Below, one piece after another: positions 25,769-36,198 of a stretch of 64,000 nt of DNA (the stretch's first letter is position 1; each line of letters opens with the position of its first letter). Position numbers and translations under genes: made by a program. The stretch is from Rickettsiales bacterium. GTDB lineage: Bacteria > Pseudomonadota > Alphaproteobacteria > Rickettsiales > UBA3002. The stretch spans positions 46,124-110,123 of the forward strand of contig JBJXEM010000006.1 in NCBI GenBank assembly GCA_046154225.1, in the 5' to 3' direction. The notes below the pieces were generated by a model. That model searched no databases, was not told where the DNA came from, and saw nothing but the letters and a program-made list of their open reading frames with translations.

Positions 25769-26476
25769 ATGGAGCCGGAAGAACTTCCCCTTTCCACCGA
25801 GGCGCTCAGCCGCATGCCGGAACTGCCCGAGGACGAAGGCTGGCTGATTACTTTCGCCGACATGTCGGCGCTGCTGATGTGCTTTTTCGTGCTGCTGTTT
25901 TCGCTGTCGAAGCCCGACGAAGGCCAGTTCAAAAAAGTCGCCGAAAGCCTGCGCAAACAAGGCTACGCCGTGGGTGACAACCCGATCGCCGACCCCTACG
26001 ACCAGACCAAGCGCGAGCTCACCATGGCGCTCGGCCAAAGCGGCTACGACAAATTCACCGCCGTCAGCACCAGCAAACAGGGGGTCGATGTCGAGCTGTC
26101 CTCGACCTCGTTTTTCCAGGCGGGTCAGGCGAAATTCACCGCCGAGGCCATCCCCGTACTCATGCTTATTTCGAAACAGATTGCACCGCTCGCCAAGCAG
26201 GATGTGCTGGTTGTGGTTGAGGGCCATACGGATGACACGCCGGTTTCAAGCGCGCAATTCCCCAGCAACTGGGAGCTATCCACCGCGCGCGCCGCCAATG
26301 TGGTGCGTTACCTCATCGCGCAAGGTTTCCCGGCCAACAAATTACGCGTGACGGGCTTTGGAGACACCCAGCCCAAAGCCGTGAACCGTGACAGCGCCGG
26401 CAACCCCATCCCCGCCAACCAGGAACTCAACCGCCGCGTGGTGATCCGCATGGTGAAGGGGGATGATAATCTTTAG
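25769..26476 (+). CDS. motB: MotB-type stator protein with OmpA-like peptidoglycan-binding domain
   Basis: WLITFADMSALLMCFFVLLF (conserved channel Asp in the single TM helix). OmpA-like C-terminus (VVVEGHTDDTP...NWELSTARAANVVRYL...NRRVVI). Confidence 0.8.
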   Translation: MEPEELPLSTEALSRMPELPEDEGWLITFADMSALLMCFFVLLFSLSKPDEGQFKKVAESLRKQGYAVGDNPIADPYDQTKRELTMALGQSGYDKFTAVSTSKQGVDVELSSTSFFQAGQAKFTAEAIPVLMLISKQIAPLAKQDVLVVVEGHTDDTPVSSAQFPSNWELSTARAANVVRYLIAQGFPANKLRVTGFGDTQPKAVNRDSAGNPIPANQELNRRVVIRMVKGDDNL

Positions 26477-26775
26477 GCACGCGATTCGGGTTTGGATGCG
26501 CGCGCGACGTAATCGCTGACCACCCGGCGAATCATTGCCTGGTACGGCACCTTATGTTTTTTGGCCTGCGTTTTAAAAAACGCAATCGCGTCCGTATCCA
26601 GTGCCAGCGTCACTTTCGAAGTGCGCAACGATGCCGCCACTTCGGCGGGCGAGGGAATACCAAGTGCATCCAGCTGCGCTCGGGTGAGCGGCGGGCCCAG
26701 TTGGGGATTGGGGCCGAGGCCAAACGGATCCTCCTCGTAAAAATCATCGTCGTCGTCAGGCATTGATTTTTTCAT
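26473..26775 (-). CDS. brnA: BrnA-type antitoxin (ribbon-helix-helix)
   Basis: C-terminal VTLALDTDAIAFFKTQAKKHKVPYQAMIRRVVSDYV. It overlaps the brnT 3' end. The start is uncertain (26775 or 26763). Confidence 0.7.
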   Translation of the reverse strand: MKKSMPDDDDDFYEEDPFGLGPNPQLGPPLTRAQLDALGIPSPAEVAASLRTSKVTLALDTDAIAFFKTQAKKHKVPYQAMIRRVVSDYVARASKPESRA

Positions 26776-27058
26776 AATACGCCCTTCCATAGCGCCAATA
26801 GCCGGCACCGATAATACGAATGATTCCACCGCGAAGCGTGAAGCGGACTGTCGCTACCCGATTGCCCACCAAGCCAAAACAATAAAACCGCTCCTCGGTG
26901 CAGCTATGGGCAGGATCTCCAATGACTACTTGCCTTGGGTCAACAAATGCCTCGGTTGCCTGAGTAAACGAAAGCCCATGCTTTTCCTGATTGGCGGAAT
27001 CTTTAGCGGGATCCCACTCAAAATTATTATACTCACTATCATACATACTATCCACCAT
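26756..27058 (-). CDS. brnT: BrnT-type toxin (DUF497 ribonuclease)
   Basis: FEWDPAKDSANQEKHGLSFTQATEAFVDP...RIIGAGYW. AT-richer than its flanks. The start is 27058 or 27046. Confidence 0.75.
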   Translation of the reverse strand: MVDSMYDSEYNNFEWDPAKDSANQEKHGLSFTQATEAFVDPRQVVIGDPAHSCTEERFYCFGLVGNRVATVRFTLRGGIIRIIGAGYWRYGRAYYEKINA

Positions 27059-27062
27059 ACTG

Positions 27063-27986
27063 TCAAGCGGCTCGCATGCCCAATATATGGCAAATGGCGC
27101 GGGTGAGTTCGGCGCGGTTGAGGGTGTAGAAATGGAATTCATTGACGCCCGCCAACATCAGCATGCGGCATTGTTCGGCGGCTACCATGGCGGCGATGGA
27201 ATGGCGCAGTTCGGGGTTTTCATCGAGCCCGTCGAACAGGGTGGCAAGCCATGTTGGCACGGCGGTGCCGCACATGGCGGCGAAACTTTTGAGCTGTCCC
27301 ACATGTGTCACCGGCAGAATGCCCGGCACGATTTCGGCAGTGATTCCCGCTGCCCGCGCGCGCTCGAGGAACCGCAAATACGTGTCCACATCGAAGAAAA
27401 ACTGGGTGATGGCGCGGTTTGCCCCGGCATCGAGCTTGCGTTTCAAATGGTCGAGGTCGGCTTGCGCCGAAGCGGCCTCCGGGTGCGCTTCGGGGTAGGC
27501 GGCGACGGAAATTTCGAAATCGGCAATGCGTTTCAGGCCCGCTACCAGTGCGTCGGCATAGGCATAGCCGCCCGGGGTCGGCACATAGGCCCCGCCACCC
27601 GGCATATCGCCGCGCAGGGCGACCAGGTGGCGCACCCCGGCTTCCCAATAAGTGTGGGCGATGGACTCGATTTCGGCCTGCGTGGCATTCACGCAAGTAA
27701 GGTGTGCGGCGGGCAGAATGGGTGTATCGCGGCGAATGCGGGTGACGGTGGCGTGCGTGCGCTCGCGCGTGGTGCCACCCGCGCCGTAAGTCACCGAAAC
27801 GAACCGGGGGTTAAGGGGCGCAAGTTCCGCAATGGTCTGCCATAATTTCTCCTCGCCCGCGTCGCTTTTGGGCGGGAAGAATTCGAACGAGACAGCTGGA
27901 GGGCGCTTGCCATAGAGTTCGCGCAACTCCTGCAGCAACGGGGCGCTGAAAGCGGCGCTAGAAGCGGATGTGGCGCGGTGGGGCAT
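27063..27986 (-). CDS. metF: 5,10-methylenetetrahydrofolate reductase
   Basis: VSFEFFPPKSDAGEEKLW and VSVTYGAGGTTRERT motifs. 307 aa. Confidence 0.88.
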   Translation of the reverse strand: MPHRATSASSAAFSAPLLQELRELYGKRPPAVSFEFFPPKSDAGEEKLWQTIAELAPLNPRFVSVTYGAGGTTRERTHATVTRIRRDTPILPAAHLTCVNATQAEIESIAHTYWEAGVRHLVALRGDMPGGGAYVPTPGGYAYADALVAGLKRIADFEISVAAYPEAHPEAASAQADLDHLKRKLDAGANRAITQFFFDVDTYLRFLERARAAGITAEIVPGILPVTHVGQLKSFAAMCGTAVPTWLATLFDGLDENPELRHSIAAMVAAEQCRMLMLAGVNEFHFYTLNRAELTRAICHILGMRAA

Positions 27987-28230
27987 GCGAGCAACTCCTG
28001 TGGCAATTTAGCAACAATCGGCTAAATTCGCCCCTTTCTGTAAAAAAATCGATACCAAAGAAATCCGCGCAAACAAAGGTGAAAAGCCGCTTCCTGTCAA
28101 CGGTGATCGGCGTGCATGACATATTTGTTAGTCTATTCTTTATACTTTATCGCTAGATTTCATGGAAGTGCTACGCTACTTGCGTGCTTGACGTAACTCG
28201 GCTATCGAACATGAAACTGAAGAATAACAT

Positions 28231-28971
28231 ATGGACAGTGGTATGAAAAAACTTTTGGGAATCGCAGCGTTGCTGGCATTCAGTGCCGTCATTACCCCTG
28301 CAAGCGCCGCCGTCAATGATTCCGCCCGGGCGGATGTGGTGAGCATCAACGACCCGTATGAATCCTATAACCGCTACATATTCAGCTTCAACCAAGGGGC
28401 CGATAAATATTTTCTGCGCCCCATAGCCAGCGGCTATCGCTACATTACGCCGGACCCGTTGCGTGAGCGCCTCGGCCATTTTTCCGACAATATGAACGAA
28501 CCGCTCAGCATGGTGAACTCGTTCTTTCAGGGCGATTTCGAGCGCGGCATGAAAACCTTCTGGCGCTTCATGATTAACTCAACCTTCGGCATCGGCGGCC
28601 TGAACGACGTGGCGACCAGCGCCGGCATTCCCGCACAGGAAGAAGATTTCGGCCAGACGCTGGCGGTATGGGGCTTCAGTCAGGGCGATTATTTCGTGCT
28701 GCCGCTGTTTGGGCCCTCCACCGCGCGCGATGGCGTAGGCATCGTCGGTAACTGGCTGACAAACCCCGTCAGCTGGGCGCTGATTAACGAGGGCTTCGTG
28801 CAGTTCGGTATCGGCGTTGGCCAAGCCGTTATCGTGCGCGAACGCTTTCTCGACCCGATCGACGACATTAACGACAGTTCGCTCGATCCGTACATCACCT
28901 ACCGCAGCATTTATCTGCAGCGTCGCGATGCGGAGATTCATAACCGCAACAGCGCCATGCCAGACTTTTAG
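28231..28971 (+). CDS. mlaA: MlaA/VacJ family outer-membrane lipid-asymmetry protein
   Basis: INDPYESYNRYIFSFNQGADKYFLRPIASGY...NMNEPLSMVNSFFQG...FGIGGL...FGPSTARDG. The start may be 28243 (MKKLLG). Confidence 0.82.
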   Translation: MDSGMKKLLGIAALLAFSAVITPASAAVNDSARADVVSINDPYESYNRYIFSFNQGADKYFLRPIASGYRYITPDPLRERLGHFSDNMNEPLSMVNSFFQGDFERGMKTFWRFMINSTFGIGGLNDVATSAGIPAQEEDFGQTLAVWGFSQGDYFVLPLFGPSTARDGVGIVGNWLTNPVSWALINEGFVQFGIGVGQAVIVRERFLDPIDDINDSSLDPYITYRSIYLQRRDAEIHNRNSAMPDF

Positions 28972-28981
28972 GGGTGAGGCC

Positions 28982-29548
28982 ATGCGTCGTTTTTACTCTC
29001 TGGCCGTTGCAGGCTTTTTAACGGCTGTAGTGTGCCAGTCCGCGCAAGCGGCTGACGCAAAAACCTTCGTCGATTCTGTCGCGAAGCAAGTGCTGGCCGT
29101 CGCGCAAACAGACGCGCCGATGGCGGACAAAGAGCAGAAAATCGAAGTGATTTTTTCGGACAAAATCGACATCGAATTCATCGCTAAATTCGTGCTGGCC
29201 AAACATTGGCGCACCGCAACACCGCAGCAGCAGGAAGCCTATCTCACCGCCTACAAGCCGTTTGTGCTGAAAAACTACGCCGGCAAACTCGCGAAATATT
29301 CCGGCCAGACCTATGAGCTTCGCAACGCCCGCTCCGATGGCGAAGCTTCCATCGTGACCATGGTCATTCACGATACTGGCAGAGACGTGCTGGTCGATTA
29401 CCGCATCCAGAACGACAAAATCACCGATATCGTGGTTGAAAATGTCAGCCTGCTCACCACCCAACGTTCCGAGTTCAACTCGATCGTGGAAAGCCAGGGC
29501 CTCGACTACCTCATCGGCCGCCTGCAAAAAGCCGCGGCGAAGAACTAA
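28982..29548 (+). CDS. mlaC: MlaC / Ttg2D family periplasmic phospholipid-binding protein
   Basis: ATG 28982 is preceded by GGGGTGAGG. Signal peptide MRRFYSLAVAGFLTAVVCQSAQA. Tol-Ttg2-like core (FIAKFVLAKHWRTATPQQQ...). Confidence 0.75.
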   Translation: MRRFYSLAVAGFLTAVVCQSAQAADAKTFVDSVAKQVLAVAQTDAPMADKEQKIEVIFSDKIDIEFIAKFVLAKHWRTATPQQQEAYLTAYKPFVLKNYAGKLAKYSGQTYELRNARSDGEASIVTMVIHDTGRDVLVDYRIQNDKITDIVVENVSLLTTQRSEFNSIVESQGLDYLIGRLQKAAAKN

Positions 29549-29572
29549 GCGAATCTTCTCGGGTAGTGTCGG

Positions 29573-31225
<1,653 letters not shown>

Positions 31226-31489
31226 ACCGATTCTCCGCTGCATTTCTAGGGACGCCTAGGGCGTCGGAACCTTCGCGCCGTTGCTCATGTAGCGCTGCTA
31301 CACTCCGCCCGTCGCGAAGAACCCTCCTACTATGCGCCTCCTATAAATGCAGCTATTTTGTGGGGTGTAAGCAAGAGAAAACGATCTGCGTGTAGTATCA
31401 ATCGTCATCAAAACGTCACACTGGCGGTGGCCCGAATGCGCTATGATGCATCTGAATAGCCGGATCAACCGGCAAGGGAGCAAACCACG

Positions 31490-32560
31490 ATGGATTTTCT
31501 TTTTGGCTGGGCCGAGTGGGCTTTTACGAAAGTAAAAAATTTCTTTTTTCCGGGCGACGAGCAGCATGTGCAAGCGGCCATGCAGACCGTATCGGAAAAA
31601 ATATTTTCGAGTAAACAAGCACAGGAATGGCTGAAAAGCTCGGGCTGGAGCGCCTGCGAAAATGTGGTGGCCTCGATGCGCAACCCGGCCACCCGCGAAG
31701 CGGCGATTTTCGACGCGATCAACAGTTTCTACCAATGCAACGACAACGCGGCAAAAATTCAGGAACGCCTTGCGTGCCACGGGCTGAATGGCGGCACCAC
31801 GACCCGCAGCTATCTGTTGAATTCCGGGCCCGGCAGTATCGGCCAGGGCAAAAGCAACCACCAGGCGATGCTACTGGTCGACGAAGGCGCCAGCCCCCCG
31901 CGCATTACACTGGCGTTCCGCGGCATGAACCCGTTTTCGGAATCGATTGGCGTGGGCGTGGGGCTCGCCCAAGCGGCGTTTGGCAACAAGGCGGAAGGAT
32001 TCCAACGTGAAGCCGATTTATTCTGGCAAAGCGCCGGGCCGGAGGTGCAGCGCATTATCGCCGAGGTAAGTGCGCGCACCGGGGCGGCGCCCGAAATCAC
32101 CGTGGCCGGGCACTCTTACGGCGCGGATGCAGCAGCGCGGATGATCCCGAAACTGGCGCAAATCATGCCGAAAACCCGGCTTCATTATATTGGCTATGGC
32201 GGCATCCAAAGCTTCACGCGCGCCGAGCGCGACCAAATTCAGGCCGCCTGTACCAGTGCGGTGCAATATATCGCGAGCAGTGATTTCGTCAAAGGTCTCG
32301 GTTTTGGCTACACGGTTGGCGAACAACGTAACATTCCCTCGAACGCTGGTCATGCCGATTACGGCCCGACCGGCAATGTGGCGTCCCTGATGGAAGCGCT
32401 GCAAGACATGATGCAGCGCGACCCCAAACATGTGGAAGCGCTGGCGAACAAAGTAGTGGCTGATTTCAAACGCGATAGCACCGCCACCATGAATGAACTG
32501 GCGGCGCTTGCCGCCCAAATTCCTCGTAGCGGTACGGTAAGCCAAACTTCCGTAAGCTAG
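31490..32560 (+). CDS. alpha/beta-hydrolase, class-3-lipase-like protein (356 aa)
   Basis: LAFRGMNPF (like the xAFRGT strand of the Lipase_3 family) and the nucleophile elbow VAGHSYGADAA (GHSxG). No signal peptide. Confidence 0.55.
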   Translation: MDFLFGWAEWAFTKVKNFFFPGDEQHVQAAMQTVSEKIFSSKQAQEWLKSSGWSACENVVASMRNPATREAAIFDAINSFYQCNDNAAKIQERLACHGLNGGTTTRSYLLNSGPGSIGQGKSNHQAMLLVDEGASPPRITLAFRGMNPFSESIGVGVGLAQAAFGNKAEGFQREADLFWQSAGPEVQRIIAEVSARTGAAPEITVAGHSYGADAAARMIPKLAQIMPKTRLHYIGYGGIQSFTRAERDQIQAACTSAVQYIASSDFVKGLGFGYTVGEQRNIPSNAGHADYGPTGNVASLMEALQDMMQRDPKHVEALANKVVADFKRDSTATMNELAALAAQIPRSGTVSQTSVS

Positions 32561-32997
32561 CGCCGCGCGGCGAAAAAATCCGTCAGTAACTGGCCGCATT
32601 CGGTTGCCATCACGCCGCCCACTATTTCCGGCACATGGTGACAAGTGGGGTGCGAAAACACCCGTGCGCCGTGCTCGACGCCGCCGGATTTTGGGTCGTA
32701 CGCCCCGAACACGATTTTCCTGATTTTGGCGAGGCTCGCCGCCTGCGCGCACATGGCGCAGGGCTCGAGCGTGACAAAAAGCGTGCACTCACTCAGATAC
32801 TTAGAGCCAGTTATCCCCATCGCCGCGCGCAGCACCAGCAGCTCGGCATGCTGGGTGGCGTCGCTTTGCTGTTCCACCTGGTTATGGGCCTGCGCCAGTA
32901 CCGTGCCGTCGCCCGCGACCACGCAGGCGGCGATTGGCACCTCGCCGCGTTCGGACGCGGCATGGGCGAGGGTGATTAGTTGGGACATTAATGTCAT
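32557..32997 (-). CDS. tadA: tRNA adenosine(34) deaminase TadA
   Basis: HAELLVLR and PCAMCAQA zinc motifs. Start chosen at 32997 (MTLMSQL) to give about 146 aa. Confidence 0.85.
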   Translation of the reverse strand: MTLMSQLITLAHAASERGEVPIAACVVAGDGTVLAQAHNQVEQQSDATQHAELLVLRAAMGITGSKYLSECTLFVTLEPCAMCAQAASLAKIRKIVFGAYDPKSGGVEHGARVFSHPTCHHVPEIVGGVMATECGQLLTDFFAARR

Positions 32998-33072
32998 GAA
33001 AGCGTCATACTTCGCATGCACCAGAAATGCTAGTAATCCGGCAGAAAACACATCAGTAAACAGGCAAGCGAC

Positions 33073-35187
33073 GTGCATTCAGACCCCATCGAGCCGCAGG
33101 ATTGGCGGCAGTTAAGCGACCCGGTGCTACAAGAATATGCCGTAAGGGAGGCGCAGCTTCGCGCGCAGCACAAGGCGGGCCTGTTGCCCGGACCTATGGT
33201 GATGCCGAATGGGTATGTGGTGGATGGCGTGGATTTCGCTTCCTATGCAGGCGCGGCCAAAGAGCTGGCCCGCCGCCATCGGCGAAACGGCACATTGCCG
33301 CTGGTGATGCCGCGATTAAAAAAGCCGCTGCTTGACGGCGATATTTTTAAAAATGGCGAGCTGAATAGCCCGACCTACTACAAGCTGACCAATCAGGACG
33401 TGGAGCGCATTCGCACCCGGCTGCGGGATGTCACGTTGCCGCTACTTGAGCAGGCGGTTGCCAACCGCATTCATCAGCTGATCACGCAGCAGGAAAAATA
33501 CACGCAGGCTGATGGCACAATCCCGCAGTCGGTTCAGCAGGCAACCGAAACGCTGTTGGCCGAATACCGGCCGATGCTCGAGAGAATTCGCCTTTGCCAA
33601 GCATTGAACAAGAAAGAAGTCAGGAAATATGTTAGCCACTTTGGCTACGATGTTGGCGGAAACATCGCGGCGGTGTTGAGCGTCAATAAGCCGTTCACGC
33701 TGGCAAAAACGCTGGCGGCCGTGAGAGAAAAACTGCCTGATATTCAAAAAGAGATACTTTATCAGCTGGTGCCGTGGAGCCGAAACGGGTTCGAAGGGCC
33801 GTCGCCCACGCCGCACCTGCAAGCGTTTTTCAAGCAGGATTTTCAGCAGGTGGTGGCGGCCATGATGCAGCCCGTGCTGGACGAATTGACTGAGGCGTAT
33901 CTGGCAATTGAGCAGAAGAAACAGCATGCCGCTCGCAAGGCCTCGGGTGAACATTTGGTGCCGATTGATTTGGAGTTCCAGCAGGCCCTGCGCAGCGGCA
34001 GAAAAGCCATGCTGCACGAAGCTCGAAAACTTGCGCGCGAAGTGACCGAGGGCGCCACGGAATTTGAAATTGAGTTGTTGGCCGACACGTATCGGGCAAG
34101 CAAAGATGCCGCTTTTGCCTGGGCGGAAAAAGAACGCGTCCGTCGCCAATCGCCCTCCACCACCATCCAGCTGCCGGTCGCTCAGCCAGAATATTCGGTA
34201 GGGCAGCAGCTGCGGCAGACTATGAGCCCGGGCTTTGTGAAGGCGCAGCAAACGCAGATGCAGCAACGCTGGGGCGGGGTGAAGATGGACCGGCGCGACC
34301 CGCCGCAAGCGGCGCTTTCGCCGGTTAGCATGCAGGCATTGTCGATCGCGATTGATGCGCATCTGCCGCTTGCGCTGGCGGCCCATGGGTTTCCGCTGGC
34401 CTGTGCGCAAGCCGTTTCGTTTGAGTTCGTGGCTGATTTGCTGGCAGATGTGCGCGGGCTGGAGCGGGTGAAGTCATCCTATGGCTGCCCCTACCATGCC
34501 ACGCTGACGATTGATAAGCCGCGCTTTGAGGCAGCAATGCAGCAAGCTGGCTTCAGCGATGATAAAAAAATAGCGCTGCGGCGCGACCTGCTGAAAACCA
34601 TCGCCATGATCGCCAAAGAGGCCACCCACAGCCTGACCGATCGGCGCGGCGGGTGCATGAACGTGAAAGGGTATTCGGCCGATTACTTATTTGCCTCGGG
34701 CCATGGCGATAAAAAACGCAACGGCGATGGGCGCGACAGAGGCTCGCATTTCAGACACTTACAGAAATGCTATGACGAAAATGCCGATGGGAAAATGACC
34801 ATCACGATGATTGGTGGGTGGTATTGCCGCATTTCGAATCCGTTTGAAGTGGCGGAGACGTTCAACCGCTTTTTCCATCAGGCAGGGTTGGACGGCGTGA
34901 ATCTGGCGCCGTTGCGTCGTGAGGAAAAAGCGCGGCAGCAGGCGATGGCGACGCCCGAGGATATCCAGCGGCACTTTATGCATCTTCCCAGTTGCTACGA
35001 TAATGCAAACCAACTCACGACAAGATTATTGGCTAAGCCGTATGGCTATTTAGACACCAATCAACGCTACAACACGATTAGCCGCGAGATCACTCAGGGA
35101 GTCGGCAATTTGTTTCAGCAAGGGACGCGGGCTTCCAGAGCGTCCCTGGCGGCACCACCCAAGCAGCAGCAACTGCCCGCCCGCTGA
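33073..35187 (+). CDS. hypothetical protein, 704 aa, no recognisable domain
   Basis: Uninterrupted ORF. Internal duplicated motif HFRHLQKCYDENADG / HFMHLPSCYDNANQL near the C-terminus. The start is uncertain: GTG 33073 has a weak ribosome-binding site, and the first ATG is at 33196. Confidence 0.55.
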   Translation: MHSDPIEPQDWRQLSDPVLQEYAVREAQLRAQHKAGLLPGPMVMPNGYVVDGVDFASYAGAAKELARRHRRNGTLPLVMPRLKKPLLDGDIFKNGELNSPTYYKLTNQDVERIRTRLRDVTLPLLEQAVANRIHQLITQQEKYTQADGTIPQSVQQATETLLAEYRPMLERIRLCQALNKKEVRKYVSHFGYDVGGNIAAVLSVNKPFTLAKTLAAVREKLPDIQKEILYQLVPWSRNGFEGPSPTPHLQAFFKQDFQQVVAAMMQPVLDELTEAYLAIEQKKQHAARKASGEHLVPIDLEFQQALRSGRKAMLHEARKLAREVTEGATEFEIELLADTYRASKDAAFAWAEKERVRRQSPSTTIQLPVAQPEYSVGQQLRQTMSPGFVKAQQTQMQQRWGGVKMDRRDPPQAALSPVSMQALSIAIDAHLPLALAAHGFPLACAQAVSFEFVADLLADVRGLERVKSSYGCPYHATLTIDKPRFEAAMQQAGFSDDKKIALRRDLLKTIAMIAKEATHSLTDRRGGCMNVKGYSADYLFASGHGDKKRNGDGRDRGSHFRHLQKCYDENADGKMTITMIGGWYCRISNPFEVAETFNRFFHQAGLDGVNLAPLRREEKARQQAMATPEDIQRHFMHLPSCYDNANQLTTRLLAKPYGYLDTNQRYNTISREITQGVGNLFQQGTRASRASLAAPPKQQQLPAR

Positions 35188-35304
35188 CGGCCGCAGTCCG
35201 CACGAGGGTGAGCAGATTGGGCGGAAATGTCATGCAAGTGTAATACTAATACGCAATTTTATTGCTAGAATGCTTATCAATAATAGCTACATTAGAAGGC
35301 AATA

Positions 35305-36198
35305 ATGGCCGACATCAAAGAAAAACTTCGTGAAATAGGACATAGTGGTTTTGATAAAGAGCCGCACCCCGAATTCACCTTCGATAAATCATTGCTTTCG
35401 TCGCGCGACCCGTTAACGCAGGCCGAGATTGATTATGTGAATATGCAGGTAGGCGATGCTGTCAGAAAACTGGCGGTTGAATATGGCTGCGAGCCCCAAG
35501 ATGCAGACAAGATCGAAGCGCGTTACTGGTATAGCAAAAAGGGACACGGGTTTTTCGGAAACGATCACGTCTGGGGCATCTTTTACGATCGCGACCAAAG
35601 CAATTTTGATGAGAAGCAGCTCGATGAACCGGTGCCGTACGCGATCAAAGATTTCATGCGTGAATTCGAACGCGCCATGGGCGAAGTCAATTTCAATAAA
35701 GGTAATACCACGCCTCTTGCAGAGGGCGGTCGTCGCGCCGTTGGCTTTTCACAACATGGATGGCACGGCAATTATGCTTTTATGCGCGGCGACTCACGCG
35801 ATGTGCTTCTACCCATGGTAAGGTTAATTCAGCAGTTTGATCCCGAGTTCACGATCCGTTTCGATGTGCCCGAGCAATATACCTCTTGCTACGACGGGAT
35901 CAGCGAAAAAGACCTGTCGGGCATGGCAAACGCGCATGCCTCCGTGTTCTGGATCGACCGCGAATGGGCGCAGGGCGAATTAGACAGACGTGCGCAGGGC
36001 GAGCGTTGGCGAATCATGCAAGAGCGTATCGACCATAGTCGGGTTGAAGCACAGGTGCTCGGTAAACCACAGCCCTTACTCACGCGCTTGAAAATAGCAC
36101 TGTCTAGCAAACATGTGAACACGGTCGACCCCGAAATGCCGTATGGGGGGGCAGAACCGCTGAACCCTACCGCTTGCGGAACGCTTCGAGGGAGATAA
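35305..36198 (+). CDS. hypothetical protein, 297 aa, AT-richer ORFan
   Basis: ATG is preceded by GAAGG and an AT-rich 115-bp upstream region. The gene is visibly lower in GC than the flanks. It contains QYTSCYDGISEKD, reminiscent of the CYD motif in the upstream ORF. Confidence 0.55.
   Translation: MADIKEKLREIGHSGFDKEPHPEFTFDKSLLSSRDPLTQAEIDYVNMQVGDAVRKLAVEYGCEPQDADKIEARYWYSKKGHGFFGNDHVWGIFYDRDQSNFDEKQLDEPVPYAIKDFMREFERAMGEVNFNKGNTTPLAEGGRRAVGFSQHGWHGNYAFMRGDSRDVLLPMVRLIQQFDPEFTIRFDVPEQYTSCYDGISEKDLSGMANAHASVFWIDREWAQGELDRRAQGERWRIMQERIDHSRVEAQVLGKPQPLLTRLKIALSSKHVNTVDPEMPYGGAEPLNPTACGTLRGR

Noticed and set aside
24917-26476. MotA/MotB pair as ZorA/ZorB of a Zorya-type anti-phage system.
   Set aside because: The MotA homologue is short (282 aa) and lacks the long C-terminal tail of ZorA. 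No ZorC/D-like (or ZorE) genes follow. The neighbours are an amidotransferase and a TA pair.
27987-28110. Possible SAM-II/SAM-V-type riboswitch in the metF leader. The minus strand reads CGAUUUUUUUACAGAAAGGGGCGAAUUUAGCCGAUUGUUGCUAAAUUGCC followed by AGGAG and the ATG.
   Set aside because: The 8-bp hairpin AAUUUAGC/GCUAAAUU and the U-tract are real. I could not reconstruct the SAM-II pseudoknot consensus from memory well enough to match it. A covariance-model scan (Rfam SAM-II RF00521, SAM-V RF01826) would be needed. Left uncalled.
31244-31489. Palindromes in the ettA / lipase-like divergent region (GACGCCTAGGGCGTC; CCTTCGCG...CGCGAAGAA with a 33-nt loop) as an operator or leader structure.
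   Set aside because: They are single occurrences with imperfect symmetry, and nothing links them to a regulator. The support is not enough for a feature call.
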